Notes under the pieces: model-generated
Told to the model about the DNA's origin: nothing
Seen by the model: only the letters and a program-made list of their open reading frames with translations
Databases searched by the model: none
Shown here: positions 31,627 to 43,786 of the stretch, piece by piece
Position numbering within the stretch: the stretch's first letter is position 1
How the letters are laid out: each line of letters starts with the position of its first letter
Translations under genes and position numbers: made by a program
Source: a plasmid
Length of the DNA: 64,000 bases
Reading direction: 5' to 3' (one strand)
Sequence record: NZ_CP099764.1

Positions 31627-32310
31627 TTACGCAGCCTCCGGCATAAACCAGTCATCATTCGCGGCCCCCTGCTGCATGGCCCGTTGCACGGCGGCAAGGC
31701 GTTGCTGCCCGGCACGGTGATACTGCTCAAGCAGCTCGATACCGATATACCGGCGTCCGGACTGGAGGGCGGCGACGCAGGTTGAGCCGCTGCCTGCAAA
31801 CGGGTCCAGCACAATTGCGTTCGGGTGTGTGAAGCTCTCAATCAGCGGTTGCAGGCTGGTAACGGGCTTTTCCGTCGGGTGATGACGATTGCCCGAATAT
31901 TTCCAGCCCAGCACGTCCGGCAGCGGGTTTGGTGGCAGACGTGGACGGCCTTTTGCCAGGATGTAGGCGCATTCGTGGCGATAGCCCACATATGCGGCCT
32001 TCGATGTGTAGTTTTTGGTGAAGACCAGGTGACCAACAACGCTGAATCCCGCATTTTTCCAGGCGGCCATAAAGCGATCGACGCGGTTCCAGCCGTAGAA
32101 GCTGACCATCAGCGCATCTTTTTTGAGTACGCGAAACATTTCAATACAGGCCGGTTGCAGCCATTCATCGGTTTTATCGCCGGCAATGGTACGCCCGGAA
32201 CGGTCACGGAAACCGACGAGATACGGCGGGTCGGTGAGGATGAAATCGACAGCATTGTCCGGAAACGTGGCCATAACTCGCACGCAGTCACCCAGGATAA
32301 AACGGGACAT
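31627..32310 (-). CDS. orphan N6-adenine/N4-cytosine DNA methyltransferase (227 aa)
   Basis: DPPY motif (ILTDPPYLV) near the N-terminus and FxGxG (LDPFAGSGSTCVAA) near the C-terminus, the beta-class order; no REase partner. Confidence 0.8.
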   Translation of the reverse strand: MSRFILGDCVRVMATFPDNAVDFILTDPPYLVGFRDRSGRTIAGDKTDEWLQPACIEMFRVLKKDALMVSFYGWNRVDRFMAAWKNAGFSVVGHLVFTKNYTSKAAYVGYRHECAYILAKGRPRLPPNPLPDVLGWKYSGNRHHPTEKPVTSLQPLIESFTHPNAIVLDPFAGSGSTCVAALQSGRRYIGIELLEQYHRAGQQRLAAVQRAMQQGAANDDWFMPEAA

Positions 32311-32644
32311 AAAAGCCTCCTTCTCTTACAGAAGGCACCGGGAGGGCACCCCTGTGGTGCCCGTTCCCCGCGGCCTGTGGGCTGTTCACCGCGTCCGGTA
32401 ACGGGTCAGGCCGACCGTGGAATACCGCAGCCGTCGTCTTTTTGACGGCAAGGCTATGCCGCGAAAGCGGCTTGAAGGGCGTTCATCAGAAAAGGGCGAC
32501 GGGCTGGCGTACACTGTCACCGGTGCCAGCCGGGAGCGGTAAAAGCGCCCGTCCCGTGCCCGCCGGACGCGGGACACTGACCACAGGCAGCGTTTATGCC
32601 GCGCCGCGTCAGCCGGCGCAGTAAAAAGAGGAGCACGGCGACAT

Positions 32645-32685
32645 CCTTTGTCGGAAAAGAAACGGGCGGTTGCCCGCCCGTCTCC
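32645..32685 (-). terminator. rho-independent terminator after the 323-aa ORF
   Basis: minus strand gacgggcgggcaaccgcccgtttcttttcc. Confidence 0.6.
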
Positions 32686-32693
32686 GTCAGAAT

Positions 32694-33665
32694 TCATCCA
32701 CCGTAATGCGCCACCTTGTCGACAATCCACGCAGGTCCGGTGACTTCCGGCAGCTCATCGTCATCTGTCGGGGAAGACCATTCCAGTTCCCCCCACAGGA
32801 CATCAACAAGCTCTCCACGCTCATATCGCTGCCAGCCACAGAAATTGCAGCCCTGCTCGGCATACCAGTGCTCCAGTGTGCAACTGAAACGGCGGCTTAA
32901 TTCTGCAATAACGTCGCTTTCCGGCTGACACCACGGCGTGTCGAAATCAACCTGAATGAAGTTGTCTCCCTGACTGCTGATATTCACCTCATACCCCACA
33001 GGCCACTTCACGCCATACTGTTCCGTATACCAGTGATACGCAGAAGGAACACCGTTCAGAACACCACCGTTAAAGCCATTCACTTCAACATCCAGGCGGG
33101 TGGGCAGAACCGTCAGCAGGTCAAACGGCATGGTTTTTTCCGGCAGTACATTGTCACACAGACGGTTCCACCACACCGATACATCCTCGTTACTCCAGAA
33201 GCCACACCAGTCACCTCTTTTGGCGGTGAAATGCACGGTGATGGTTTCCCTGACCTCATCCGGTAATCCTTCCCAGCGACGCTGGCCAGTACCACTCTGC
33301 AGCCAGAGTTCATGCAGCATCAGGCAGTTTTGTTCATCCAGTAGCACACCGTTCTGCAGGTGTGTCAGCCAGCGGGTGAACGCGATATTCTCCGGCGATA
33401 CAACACCACGCCCGGCAGCCGTCAGTCCGGGGCATGGTTCAAACCGCACATCTTCAGTGGTCTGCAGAAGTCCGGCACTACCGGCCAGAAACAGCTGAAT
33501 ACCTTCATCTGTGGCGCGGCGATAAAGCGGTGTGACTGCACCGCTGGCCAGTCGTTTAATCTCAGCGATCTGTGCTGGTTCACCAGAAAAATGCATACGA
33601 TTTGAGCACCAGTTTGGCATGGGAATTCTCCTCTCACATGCGGCCTCCATCAGGCCGTGCCGCAC
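32694..33665 (-). CDS. Trp/Cys-rich leading-region protein of unknown function (about 308-323 aa)
   Basis: long ORF; start probably MPNWCSNRMHF at 33620. Confidence 0.5.
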   Translation of the reverse strand: MRHGLMEAACERRIPMPNWCSNRMHFSGEPAQIAEIKRLASGAVTPLYRRATDEGIQLFLAGSAGLLQTTEDVRFEPCPGLTAAGRGVVSPENIAFTRWLTHLQNGVLLDEQNCLMLHELWLQSGTGQRRWEGLPDEVRETITVHFTAKRGDWCGFWSNEDVSVWWNRLCDNVLPEKTMPFDLLTVLPTRLDVEVNGFNGGVLNGVPSAYHWYTEQYGVKWPVGYEVNISSQGDNFIQVDFDTPWCQPESDVIAELSRRFSCTLEHWYAEQGCNFCGWQRYERGELVDVLWGELEWSSPTDDDELPEVTGPAWIVDKVAHYGG

Positions 33666-33969
33666 CTGTAACCGGGCGACCGCATACGAATGCAGGTGCG
33701 GCCCCGAAGCCGCAGCGCGTGGAGGAGGAACGACGAAACGTGACCGGGTGAGGAGGCCGGCGACAGCGACACACTTGCATCGGATGCAGCCCGGTTAACG
33801 TGCCGGCACGGCCTGGGTAACCAGGTATTTTGTCCACATAACCGTGCGCAAAATGTTGTGGATAAGCAGGACACAGCAGCAATCCACAGCAGGCATACAA
33901 CCGCACACCGAGGTTACTCCGTTCTACAGGTTACGACGACATGTCAATACTTGCCCTTGACAGGCATTG

Positions 33970-34270
33970 ATGGAATCGTAGTCTCACGCTGATAGTCTGA
34001 TCGACAATACAAGTGGGACCGTGGTCCCAGACCGATAATCAGACCGACAACACGAGTGGGATCGTGGTCCCAGACTAATAATCAGACCGACGATACGAGT
34101 GGGACCGTGGTCCCAGACTAATAATCAGACCGACGATACGAGTGGGACCATGGTCCCAGACTAATAATCAGACCGACGATACGAGTGGGACCGTGGTCCC
34201 AGACTAATAATCAGACCGACGATACAAGTGGAACAGTGGGCCCAGAGAGAATATTCAGGCCAGTTATGCT
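33970..34270. repeat. sopC: sopC partition centromere, 43-bp tandem repeats (5 good plus 2 degenerate units)
   Basis: gtgggaccgtggtcccagactaataatcagaccgacgatacga repeated with a 43-bp period at 34013, 34056, 34099, 34142, 34185. Confidence 0.9.
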
Positions 34271-34333
34271 TTCTGGCCTGTAACAAAGGACATTAAGTAA
34301 AGACAGATAAACGTAGACTAAAACGTGGTCGCA

Positions 34334-35305
34334 TCAGGGTGCTGGCTTTTCAAGTTCCTTAAGAATGGCCTCAATTTTCTCTATACACTCAGTTGGAACA
34401 CGAGACCTGTCCAGGTTAAGCACCATTTTATCGCCCTTATACAATACTGTCGCTCCAGGAGCAAACTGATGTCGTGAGCTTAAACTAGTTCTTGATGCAG
34501 ATGACGTTTTAAGCACAGAAGTTAAAAGAGTGATAACTTCTTCAGCTTCAAATATCACCCCAGCTTTTTTCTGCTCATGAAGGTTAGATGCCTGCTGCTT
34601 AAGTAATTCCTCTTTATCTGTAAAGGCTTTTTGAAGTGCATCACCTGACCGGGCAGATAGTTCACCGGGGTGAGAAAAAAGAGCAACAACTGATTTAGGC
34701 AATTTGGCTGTGTTGATACAGCGGGTAATAATCTTACGTGAAATATTTTCCGCATCAGCCAGCGCAGAAATATTTCCAGCAAATTCATTCTGCAATCGGC
34801 TTGCATAACGCTGACCACGTTCATAAGCACTTGTTGGGCGATAATCGTTACCCAATCTGGATAATGCAGCCATCTGCTCATCATCCAGCTCGCCAACCAG
34901 AACACGATAATCACTTTCGGTAAGTGCAGCAGCTTTACGACGGCGACTCCCATCGGCAATTTCTATGACACCAGATACTCTTCGACCGAACGCCGGTGTC
35001 TGTTGACCAGTCAGTAGAAAAGAAGGGATGAGATCATCCAGTGCGTCCTCAGTAAGCAGCTCCTGGTCACGTTCATTACCTGACCATACCCGAGAGGTCT
35101 TCTCAACACTATCACCCCGGAGCACTTCAAGAGTAAACTTCACATCCCGACCACATACAGGCAAAGTAATGGCATTACCGCGAGCCATTACTCCTACGCG
35201 CGCAATTAACGAATCCACCATCGGGGCAGCTGGTGTCGATAACGAAGTATCTTCAACCGGTTGAGTATTGAGCGTATGTTTTGGAATAACAGGCGCACGC
35301 TTCAT
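34334..35305 (-). CDS. sopB: SopB, ParB-family partition protein (323 aa)
   Basis: 323 aa as in F SopB; adjacent to sopC. Confidence 0.95.
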
Positions 35306-36471
35306 TATCTAATCTCCCAGCGTGGTTTAATCAGACGATCGAAAATTTCATTGCAGACAGGTTCCCAAATAGAAAGAGCATTTCTCCAGGCACCAGTTGA
35401 AGAGCGTTGATCAATGGCCTGTTCAAAAACAGTTCTCATCCGGATCTGACCTTTACCAACTTCATCCGTTTCACGTACAACATTTTTTAGAACCATGCTT
35501 CCCCAGGCATCCCGAATTTGCTCCTCCATCCACGGGGACTGAGAGCCATTACTATTGCTGTATTTGGTAAGCAAAATACGTACATCAGGCTCGAACCCTT
35601 TAAGATCAACGTTCTTGAGCAGATCACGAAGCATATCGAAAAACTGCAGTGCGGAGGTGTAGTCAAACAACTCAGCAGGCGTGGGAACAATCAGCACATC
35701 AGCAGCACATACGACATTAATCGTGCCGATACCCAGGTTAGGCGCGCTGTCAATAACTATGACATCATAGTCATGAGCAACAGTTTCAATGGCCAGTCGG
35801 AGCATCAGGTGTGGATCGGTGGGCAGTTTACCTTCATCAAATTTGCCCATTAACTCAGTTTCAATACGGTGCAGAGCCAGACAGGAAGGAATAATGTCAA
35901 GCCCCGGCCAGCAAGTGGGCTTTATTGCATAAGTGACATCGTCCTTTTCCCCAAGATAGAAAGGCAGGAGAGTGTCTTCTGCATGAATATGAAGATCTGG
36001 TACCCATCCGTGATACATTGAGGCTGTTCCCTGGGGGTCGTTACCTTCCACGAGCAAAACACGTAGCCCCTTCAGAGCCAGATCCTGAGCAAGATGAACA
36101 GAAACTGAGGTTTTGTAAACGCCACCTTTATGGGCAGCAACCCCGATCACCGGTGGAAATACGTCTTCAGCACGTCGCAATCGCGTACCAAACACATCAC
36201 GCATATGATTAATTTGTTCAATTGTATAACCAACACGTTGCTCAACCCGTCCTCGAATTTCCATATCCGGGTGCGGTAGTCGCCCTGCTTTCTCGGCATC
36301 TCTGATAGCCTGAGAAGAAACCCCAACTAAATCCGCTGCTTCACCTATTCTCCAGCGCCGGGTTATTTTCCTCGCTTCCGGGCTGTCATCATTAAACTGT
36401 GCAATGGCGATAGCCTTCGTCATTTCATGACCAGCGTTTATGCACTGGTTAAGTGTTTCCATGAGTTTCAT
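35305..36471 (-). CDS. sopA: SopA, Walker-type partition ATPase (388 aa)
   Basis: [26 protein letters not shown]...; deviant Walker A motif KGGVYKTS. Confidence 0.95.
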
Positions 36472-36489
36472 TCTGAACATCCTTTAATC

Positions 36490-36600
36490 ATTGCTTTGCG
36501 TTTTTTTATTAAATCTTGCAATTTACTGCAAAGCAACAACAAAATCGCAAAGTCATCAAAAAACCGCAAAGTTGTTTAAAATAAGAGCAACACTACAAAA
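36490..36600 (-). promoter_or_regulatory. sopAB promoter/operator with four ctttgcg/cgcaaag SopA-binding repeats
   Basis: tgctttgcg, ctgcaaagc, tcgcaaagt and ccgcaaagt within 80 bp upstream of sopA. Confidence 0.6.
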
Positions 36601-36884
36601 GGAGATAAGAAGAGCACATACCTCAGTCACTTATTATCACTAGCGCTCGCCGCAGCCGTGTAACCGAGCATAGCGAGCGAACTGGCGAGGAAGCAAAGAA
36701 GAACTGTTCTGTCAGATAGCTCTTACGCTCAGCGCAAGAAGAAATATCCACCGTGGGAAAAACTCCAGGTAGAGGTACACACGCGGATAGCCAATTCAGA
36801 GTAATAAACTGTGATAATCAACCCTCATCAATGATGACGAACTAACCCCCGATATCAGGTCACATGACGAAGGGAAAGAGAAGG

Positions 36885-37058
36885 AAATCAACTGTGACAA
36901 ACTGCCCTCAAATTTGGCTTCCTTAAAAATTACAGTTCAAAAAGTATGAGAAAATCCATGCAGGCTGAAGGAAACAGCAAAACTGTGACAAATTACCCTC
37001 AGTAGGTCAGAATAAATGTGACGAACCACCCTCAAATCTGTGACAGATAACCCTCAGA

Positions 37059-37060
<2 letters not shown>
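36885..37060. repeat. incC: incC iterons downstream of repE
   Basis: tgtgacaaa(c/t)t(g/a)ccctca-type 19-bp repeats at 36888, 36986, 37017 and 37040. Confidence 0.75.
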
Positions 37061-38070
<1,010 letters not shown>

Positions 38071-38535
38071 GGAAGTTTTTTCAGGCATCGTGTGTAAGCA
38101 GAATATATAAGTGCTGTTCCCTGGTGCTTCCTCGCTCACTCGAGGGCTTCGCCCTGTCGCTCGACTGCGGCGAGCACTACTGGCTGTAAAAGGACAGACC
38201 AAACATCATGGTTCTGTGTTCATTAGGTTGTTCTGTCCATTGCTGACATAATCCGCTCCACTTCAACGTAACACCGCACGAAGATTTCTATTGTTCCTGA
38301 AGGCATATTCAAATCGTTTTCGTTACCGCTTGCAGGCATCATGACAGAACACTACTTCCTATAAACGCTACACAGGCTCCTGAGATTAATAATGCGGATC
38401 TCTACGATAATGGGAGATTTTCCCGACTGTCTCGTTCGCTTCTCAGTGGATAACAGCCAGCTTCTCTGTTTAACAGACAAAAACAGCATATCCACTCAGT
38501 TCCACATTTCCATATAAAGGCCAAGGCATTTATTC

Positions 38536-39342
38536 TCAGGATAATTGTTTCAGCATCGCAACCGCATCAGACTCCGGCATCGCAAACTGCACCCGGTGCC
38601 GGGCAGCCACATCCAGCGCAAAAACCTTCGTGTAGACTTCCGTTGAACTGATGGACTTATGTCCCATCAGGCTTTGCAGAACTTTCAGCGGTATACCGGC
38701 ATACAGCATGTGCATCGCATAGGAATGGCGGAACGTATGTGGTGTGACCGGAACAGAGAACGTCACACCGTCAGCAGCAGCGGCGGCAACCGCCTCCCCA
38801 ATCCAGGTCCTGACCGTTCTGTCCGTCACTTCCCAGATCCGCGCTTTCTCTGTCCTTCCTGTGCGACGGTTACGCCGCTCCATGGGTATTTTCAGTGTTG
38901 CCACCATCGTCTGCAGCTGGCTGACGTACCAGGAGTCAGAGAGCGGAACCAGCCGGTGAGTCTGCTGACCGGCGGGCATTCTCCCCGCCGTCCTGGCAGC
39001 TTTTTCGGTCCGTTGTTTCAGGGTCGCAAGCTGCACAAACGGATACGGAGGCGTGAGCGAAAAATCCCCCCGCGTCAGCGCTAGTGCTTCATTAATACGC
39101 GCGCCGGTGTTCCACAGAGTGGCCAGCAGCATCTTGCGGCGCAGATCCGGGACATAATGAAGCAGGGCACTCACCTCGGGAGCCAGCAGATATTTCGGCA
39201 GTTCATCATGAACCATCGACATCTGGCGGAGTGCCAGAGCTGCCGGATAATCAATGGCAACAGGAAGTTGTGCAGACTGTCCGGCAGAATACACTGCCGG
39301 TACCATGGCTGCAGACTGGCTGTGTATAACGGAGCCTGACAT
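38536..39342 (-). CDS. resD: ResD (D protein) tyrosine site-specific recombinase / resolvase (268 aa)
   Basis: 268 aa; C-terminal HTFRHSYA...LMGHKSISSTEVY tyrosine-recombinase motifs; directly upstream of ccdAB as in F. Confidence 0.9.
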   Translation of the reverse strand: MSGSVIHSQSAAMVPAVYSAGQSAQLPVAIDYPAALALRQMSMVHDELPKYLLAPEVSALLHYVPDLRRKMLLATLWNTGARINEALALTRGDFSLTPPYPFVQLATLKQRTEKAARTAGRMPAGQQTHRLVPLSDSWYVSQLQTMVATLKIPMERRNRRTGRTEKARIWEVTDRTVRTWIGEAVAAAAADGVTFSVPVTPHTFRHSYAMHMLYAGIPLKVLQSLMGHKSISSTEVYTKVFALDVAARHRVQFAMPESDAVAMLKQLS

Positions 39343-39868
<526 letters not shown>

Positions 39869-40495
39869 AATGCACCTCATCTTACATACTCTCTGTACAC
39901 CATTAAGTATACACCAGTATTACGCTATAACATGCCTCCGGCAACGGAATATTGTTATCCAGCTATTATTAACACCACCATCAATAACTGACCTGAAAAG
40001 TAATCATGACAATAATAACCTGCAATGTAGTAACCATGATAAATTACAGGATGACTGTTTTTCTATGATCCGATTTTTATCGGATTCAGGATTTTCCGGA
40101 AGTGAATCAGGATCAGTGAATAAGCGAAGCGATCTTTTCTGCCGCTGATGACTGGCTCGGGAACACGGGAAGAAACACAACATACAGTGTCATGTCAGCG
40201 GAGCGGGACACCACATCCTGTGAAAGCGGACCAGCGGGCGGCAGCGAAGGATCCGCGGATCCGGAACCACCAGAAACCGGATCTGCACGGGGAAAGAGAG
40301 AAAATAACATAGGCTGAACATATCCATATGCCTGACATCTGCATATTCATGGTATACGCATATCCTCACCATCTGCATATGCTGAATCTATACATATGCC
40401 TAACATCTGCCTATACTAAACATATGCACACACCCGGTGCAATGAACATCATTCCGGATATGCATCACATATCCACACTTACCCGGGAGAGAATC

Positions 40496-40726
40496 ATGAG
40501 AACCGTATCCATTTTTAAAAATGGCAACAACCGTGCTATCCGCCTTCCACGCGATCTGGATTTTGAGGGGGTGAGCGAGCTGGAGATCGTCCGGGAAGGG
40601 GACAGCATCATTCTGCGCCCCGTCCGGCCGACCTGGGGCTCATTCCTGGAGCTAGAAAAGGCCGATCCGGACTTTATGACGGAGCGCGAGGACGTTGTCA
40701 GCGACGAAGGACGAGTTAACCTGTGA
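40496..40726 (+). CDS. vagC: VagC, AbrB/SpoVT-type antitoxin (76 aa)
   Basis: MRTVSIFKNGNNRAIRLPRDLDFEGVSELEIVREGDSIILRPV...; 4-bp overlap with vagD. Confidence 0.85.
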   Translation: MRTVSIFKNGNNRAIRLPRDLDFEGVSELEIVREGDSIILRPVRPTWGSFLELEKADPDFMTEREDVVSDEGRVNL

Positions 40727-41139
40727 ACAAGATCTATATGCTCGACACGAACATCTGCTCGTTCATCATGCGCGAGCAACCTGAAGCATTGCTTAAGCAC
40801 CTGGAGCAGTCGGTGCTGCGCGGTCACCGTATCGTGGTCTCGGCCATCACCTACTCCGAGATGCGCTTCGGTGCCACCGGTCCGAAGGCCTCGCCACGCC
40901 ACGTGCAACTGGTTGACGCGTTCTGTGAGAGGCTCGATGCCGTCCTGCCGTGGGACCGCGCCGCGGTGGATGCGACCACGGAGATTAAGGTGGCACTGCG
41001 TCTCGCCGGCACGCCGATCGGTCCGAACGACACGGCGATAGCCGGACACGCCATCGCTGCCTGTGCCATTCTGGTGACGAATAATGTGAGAGAGTTTGAG
41101 CGGGTACCGGGTCTTGTGCTGGAAGACTGGGTAAGATAA
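40723..41139 (+). CDS. vagD: VagD, PIN-domain (VapC-type) toxin (138 aa)
   Basis: MNKIYMLDTNICSFIMREQPE... has the PIN acidic residues. Confidence 0.85.
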   Translation: MNKIYMLDTNICSFIMREQPEALLKHLEQSVLRGHRIVVSAITYSEMRFGATGPKASPRHVQLVDAFCERLDAVLPWDRAAVDATTEIKVALRLAGTPIGPNDTAIAGHAIAACAILVTNNVREFERVPGLVLEDWVR

Positions 41140-41213
41140 CGCTGTAAAACAAAACAGGCGGTCAGGCGCGGCCGGCCGCTCTTTCAGGCAGCGGTATATA
41201 AAGGAATAAAAAA

Positions 41214-42779
41214 ATGCCACTGATCACGCGGCTTATGCTGCAAAACTTCAAAAAGTTTCCGGAACTGGACCTGCGCTTCAGCAACGATCGTAACATTCTG
41301 GTTGGGGACAATGAGTCCGGGAAAAGCACTATTCTGCTGGCTCTTGACCTTGTGCTGAGTGACAGCAGGCATCGGGTTGAGGCGCTGGGGGTGGAATCGC
41401 TCCTGTCACAGTCAGCAGTCAGGCATTTTCAGGAAGGTGAGCGCCGTGCCGATCAGTTACCCGTGCTGACCGCTGACGTTTTCCTGAGTAATGGGGGAGA
41501 GCCTGACCTGAACGGCAGGCAAAATCTGGCGGGTATCGATGCGGATGGTCTCAGAATGCGCATTGCTCCCATGATGGAGGAATACGGTCAGGATATACAC
41601 CATGTTTTGCAGCAGGATCCTGATAATTTTCCCTATGAATACTATTCCGTGCAGTTCAGCACATTCTCCGGTGGTCATTTCGCAGGCTTCAGACGCTATC
41701 TGCGCCATCTGTTCTTAGACAGTGCACGCATTGATAACGAGCATGCCGCACAGGAGTATACGCGCACAGTTTACAGCGTCAATGTGCCGGTGGCCGATCG
41801 GTACCGGCTTGAAAACAGTTACCGGCAACAGAAAATGCACTTCTGCGCCCGGCATCTGTCCGCCATAAACGACACGCTGAAAACGTATCAGTTTGGCGTG
41901 CGTTCCGGCGCTAAATCAGGTCTTGAGGCGAACCTGGACATTACTGAGGACGGTATTTCCATTCGTCACCGCGGAAAAGGAAGACAGTGTTTCATCAAAA
42001 CGGAGTTTGCGCTGCAGCGGCATCAGCAGCAGGGGGGAGAGATCCACGCGCTGTTGCTTGAGGAGCCGGAGAATCATCTCAGCCATGTCAGTATGAAGAG
42101 GCTGGTTAATCAGCTTGCCACGGAACGGCAGACGCAGGTGTTTATTGCCACACACAGTAGCCATATCTCCTCCCGCCTCGACCTACGTAAGGCTATTCTC
42201 CTCGGAGCTACCCGGCCGGTACTGATGAATGAACTTTCCGCTGAGACTGCCGCCTTCTTCATGAAAGCACCGGATAATAACGTGCTGGAATTTGCGCTGG
42301 CCAGACGCGTGCTGCTCGTGGAGGGGGATGCTGAGTTTATTCTGATCGAGGCCTTTTATCACCGCCTGTATGGCAGGGCACCGGAGGATGACGGGGTTCA
42401 CATCATCGCTATCGGCGGAACGAGTTTCCGTCGTTATCTTGAACTGGCCCGTCTTCTGGAAAATCGTGTCGCGGCCCTTCGCGACAATGACGGCAACTAT
42501 CAGCAAAATTGCGATGAACGCTATGCTGACGTGCTTTGTTCCCGCTCCCGGGTATTTGCTGACCACGACAACAGCCGCTCCACATTTGAAATCTGCCTGT
42601 ATCAGGATAATGCCGACCTGTGTGATGCGCTTTTCCGCGGAACCCGCCGGACACTCACGGTTCAGGATTACATGCTGGCCAATAAGGCAGAAGCAGCATT
42701 CCAGCTGTTACAGTTGCACGCCGAAAAGCTGACCGTTCCTGATTATATCCAGGAGGCACTGGCATGGATAAGAGAGTGA
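41214..42779 (+). CDS. OLD-family ABC-type ATPase with C-terminal Toprim nuclease domain (521 aa), GajA-like
   Basis: Walker A VGDNESGKSTILLALDL; D-loop/Walker B LLLEEPENHLS; H-loop ATHSSH; Toprim E motif VLLVEGDAEFILIEAF and DxD RDNDGNY. Confidence 0.8.
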   Translation: MPLITRLMLQNFKKFPELDLRFSNDRNILVGDNESGKSTILLALDLVLSDSRHRVEALGVESLLSQSAVRHFQEGERRADQLPVLTADVFLSNGGEPDLNGRQNLAGIDADGLRMRIAPMMEEYGQDIHHVLQQDPDNFPYEYYSVQFSTFSGGHFAGFRRYLRHLFLDSARIDNEHAAQEYTRTVYSVNVPVADRYRLENSYRQQKMHFCARHLSAINDTLKTYQFGVRSGAKSGLEANLDITEDGISIRHRGKGRQCFIKTEFALQRHQQQGGEIHALLLEEPENHLSHVSMKRLVNQLATERQTQVFIATHSSHISSRLDLRKAILLGATRPVLMNELSAETAAFFMKAPDNNVLEFALARRVLLVEGDAEFILIEAFYHRLYGRAPEDDGVHIIAIGGTSFRRYLELARLLENRVAALRDNDGNYQQNCDERYADVLCSRSRVFADHDNSRSTFEICLYQDNADLCDALFRGTRRTLTVQDYMLANKAEAAFQLLQLHAEKLTVPDYIQEALAWIRE

Positions 42780-43786
42780 TATTTGCGGTTGCCGGCTCGG
42801 GTAAAACCACGCTGCTGATACGTCGGTTAAGAGAGGACCGGCGGACGCTGATCCTGACCTTCACCGTAAATAATGAAGCACATCTGCGGGCGCAGATTAT
42901 CAGACGCTTTGGCTACATACCGTACGGGATCCGTGTGATGACCTGGTTTGAGTTTCTGCACGGTTTCTGTTTTCGCCCTTTCCTGCAGGAGCAACTGTCA
43001 TCGCGTGGTCTGAGCTTCAACCAGCCCCCTTCCAGAATACCGCGCACGAATATCCGGCATTATCAGGATCCCGCCGGACGGCTGTATCACCGGCGGCTCG
43101 CACACCTGCTGACAGCCCGGGGGTTGCTGCCAGATATCCGTACCCGACTTGCCCGTTACTACGATGAGTTGTTCGTTGATGAAGTCCAGGACTTTGCCGG
43201 CCATGACTTTAATTTTCTGCTGGAGCTATGCCGCGCGGAAATCTCAGTGCTGTGCTGCGGGGATTTTTATCAGCATACCTTTGACACAAGCCGCGACGGT
43301 AACGTCAATGCTACGCTGCATGAAGACATAACCCGATACGAGGCTCGCTTCAGGGCTGCGGGTATCATGGTGGATTGTGAGACGCTCAGCCGGACATGGC
43401 GCTGTTCAGCTACAGTGTGTGAGTTCATTACCGGACAACTGAACATTCGCATTTCGGCTCATGGAACACATACCACCCAGATTGAAATCGTCACGGATGA
43501 AGCGCGTTCAGCGGCCCTGCACGCGGACAACACGATGATCAAGCTCTTCTATCGCGAACATCACCGTTACGGATGCCACTCAATGAACTGGGGGGGCAGT
43601 AAAGGACTCGACCACTTTCAGGACGTCTGCATCGTGATGGGGGCCAACCACTGGATGCGCCTCATCCAACAGAAGCTGGCAGCACTTCCACCATCATCCC
43701 GTAACAGGCTATACGTGGCCTGCTCACGGGCACGGGGCAACATCTATTTTATTCCGGAAAGCCATCTTCGGAGATTCAGAAACTAA
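42764..43786 (+). CDS. short SF1 UvrD/PcrA-like helicase (340 aa), GajB-like, overlapping the OLD gene by 16 nt
   Basis: motif I AVAGSGKTT; Ia TFTVNNEA; II DEVQDF; III GDFYQ; VI VACSRARG. Confidence 0.75.
   Translation: MDKRVIFAVAGSGKTTLLIRRLREDRRTLILTFTVNNEAHLRAQIIRRFGYIPYGIRVMTWFEFLHGFCFRPFLQEQLSSRGLSFNQPPSRIPRTNIRHYQDPAGRLYHRRLAHLLTARGLLPDIRTRLARYYDELFVDEVQDFAGHDFNFLLELCRAEISVLCCGDFYQHTFDTSRDGNVNATLHEDITRYEARFRAAGIMVDCETLSRTWRCSATVCEFITGQLNIRISAHGTHTTQIEIVTDEARSAALHADNTMIKLFYREHHRYGCHSMNWGGSKGLDHFQDVCIVMGANHWMRLIQQKLAALPPSSRNRLYVACSRARGNIYFIPESHLRRFRN

Noticed and set aside
33970-34270. Possible CRISPR array
   Set aside because: The 43-bp units are contiguous direct repeats without spacers and match the F sopC centromere, not repeat-spacer architecture. 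The same reasoning applies to the incC/ori2 iterons at 36885-37960.
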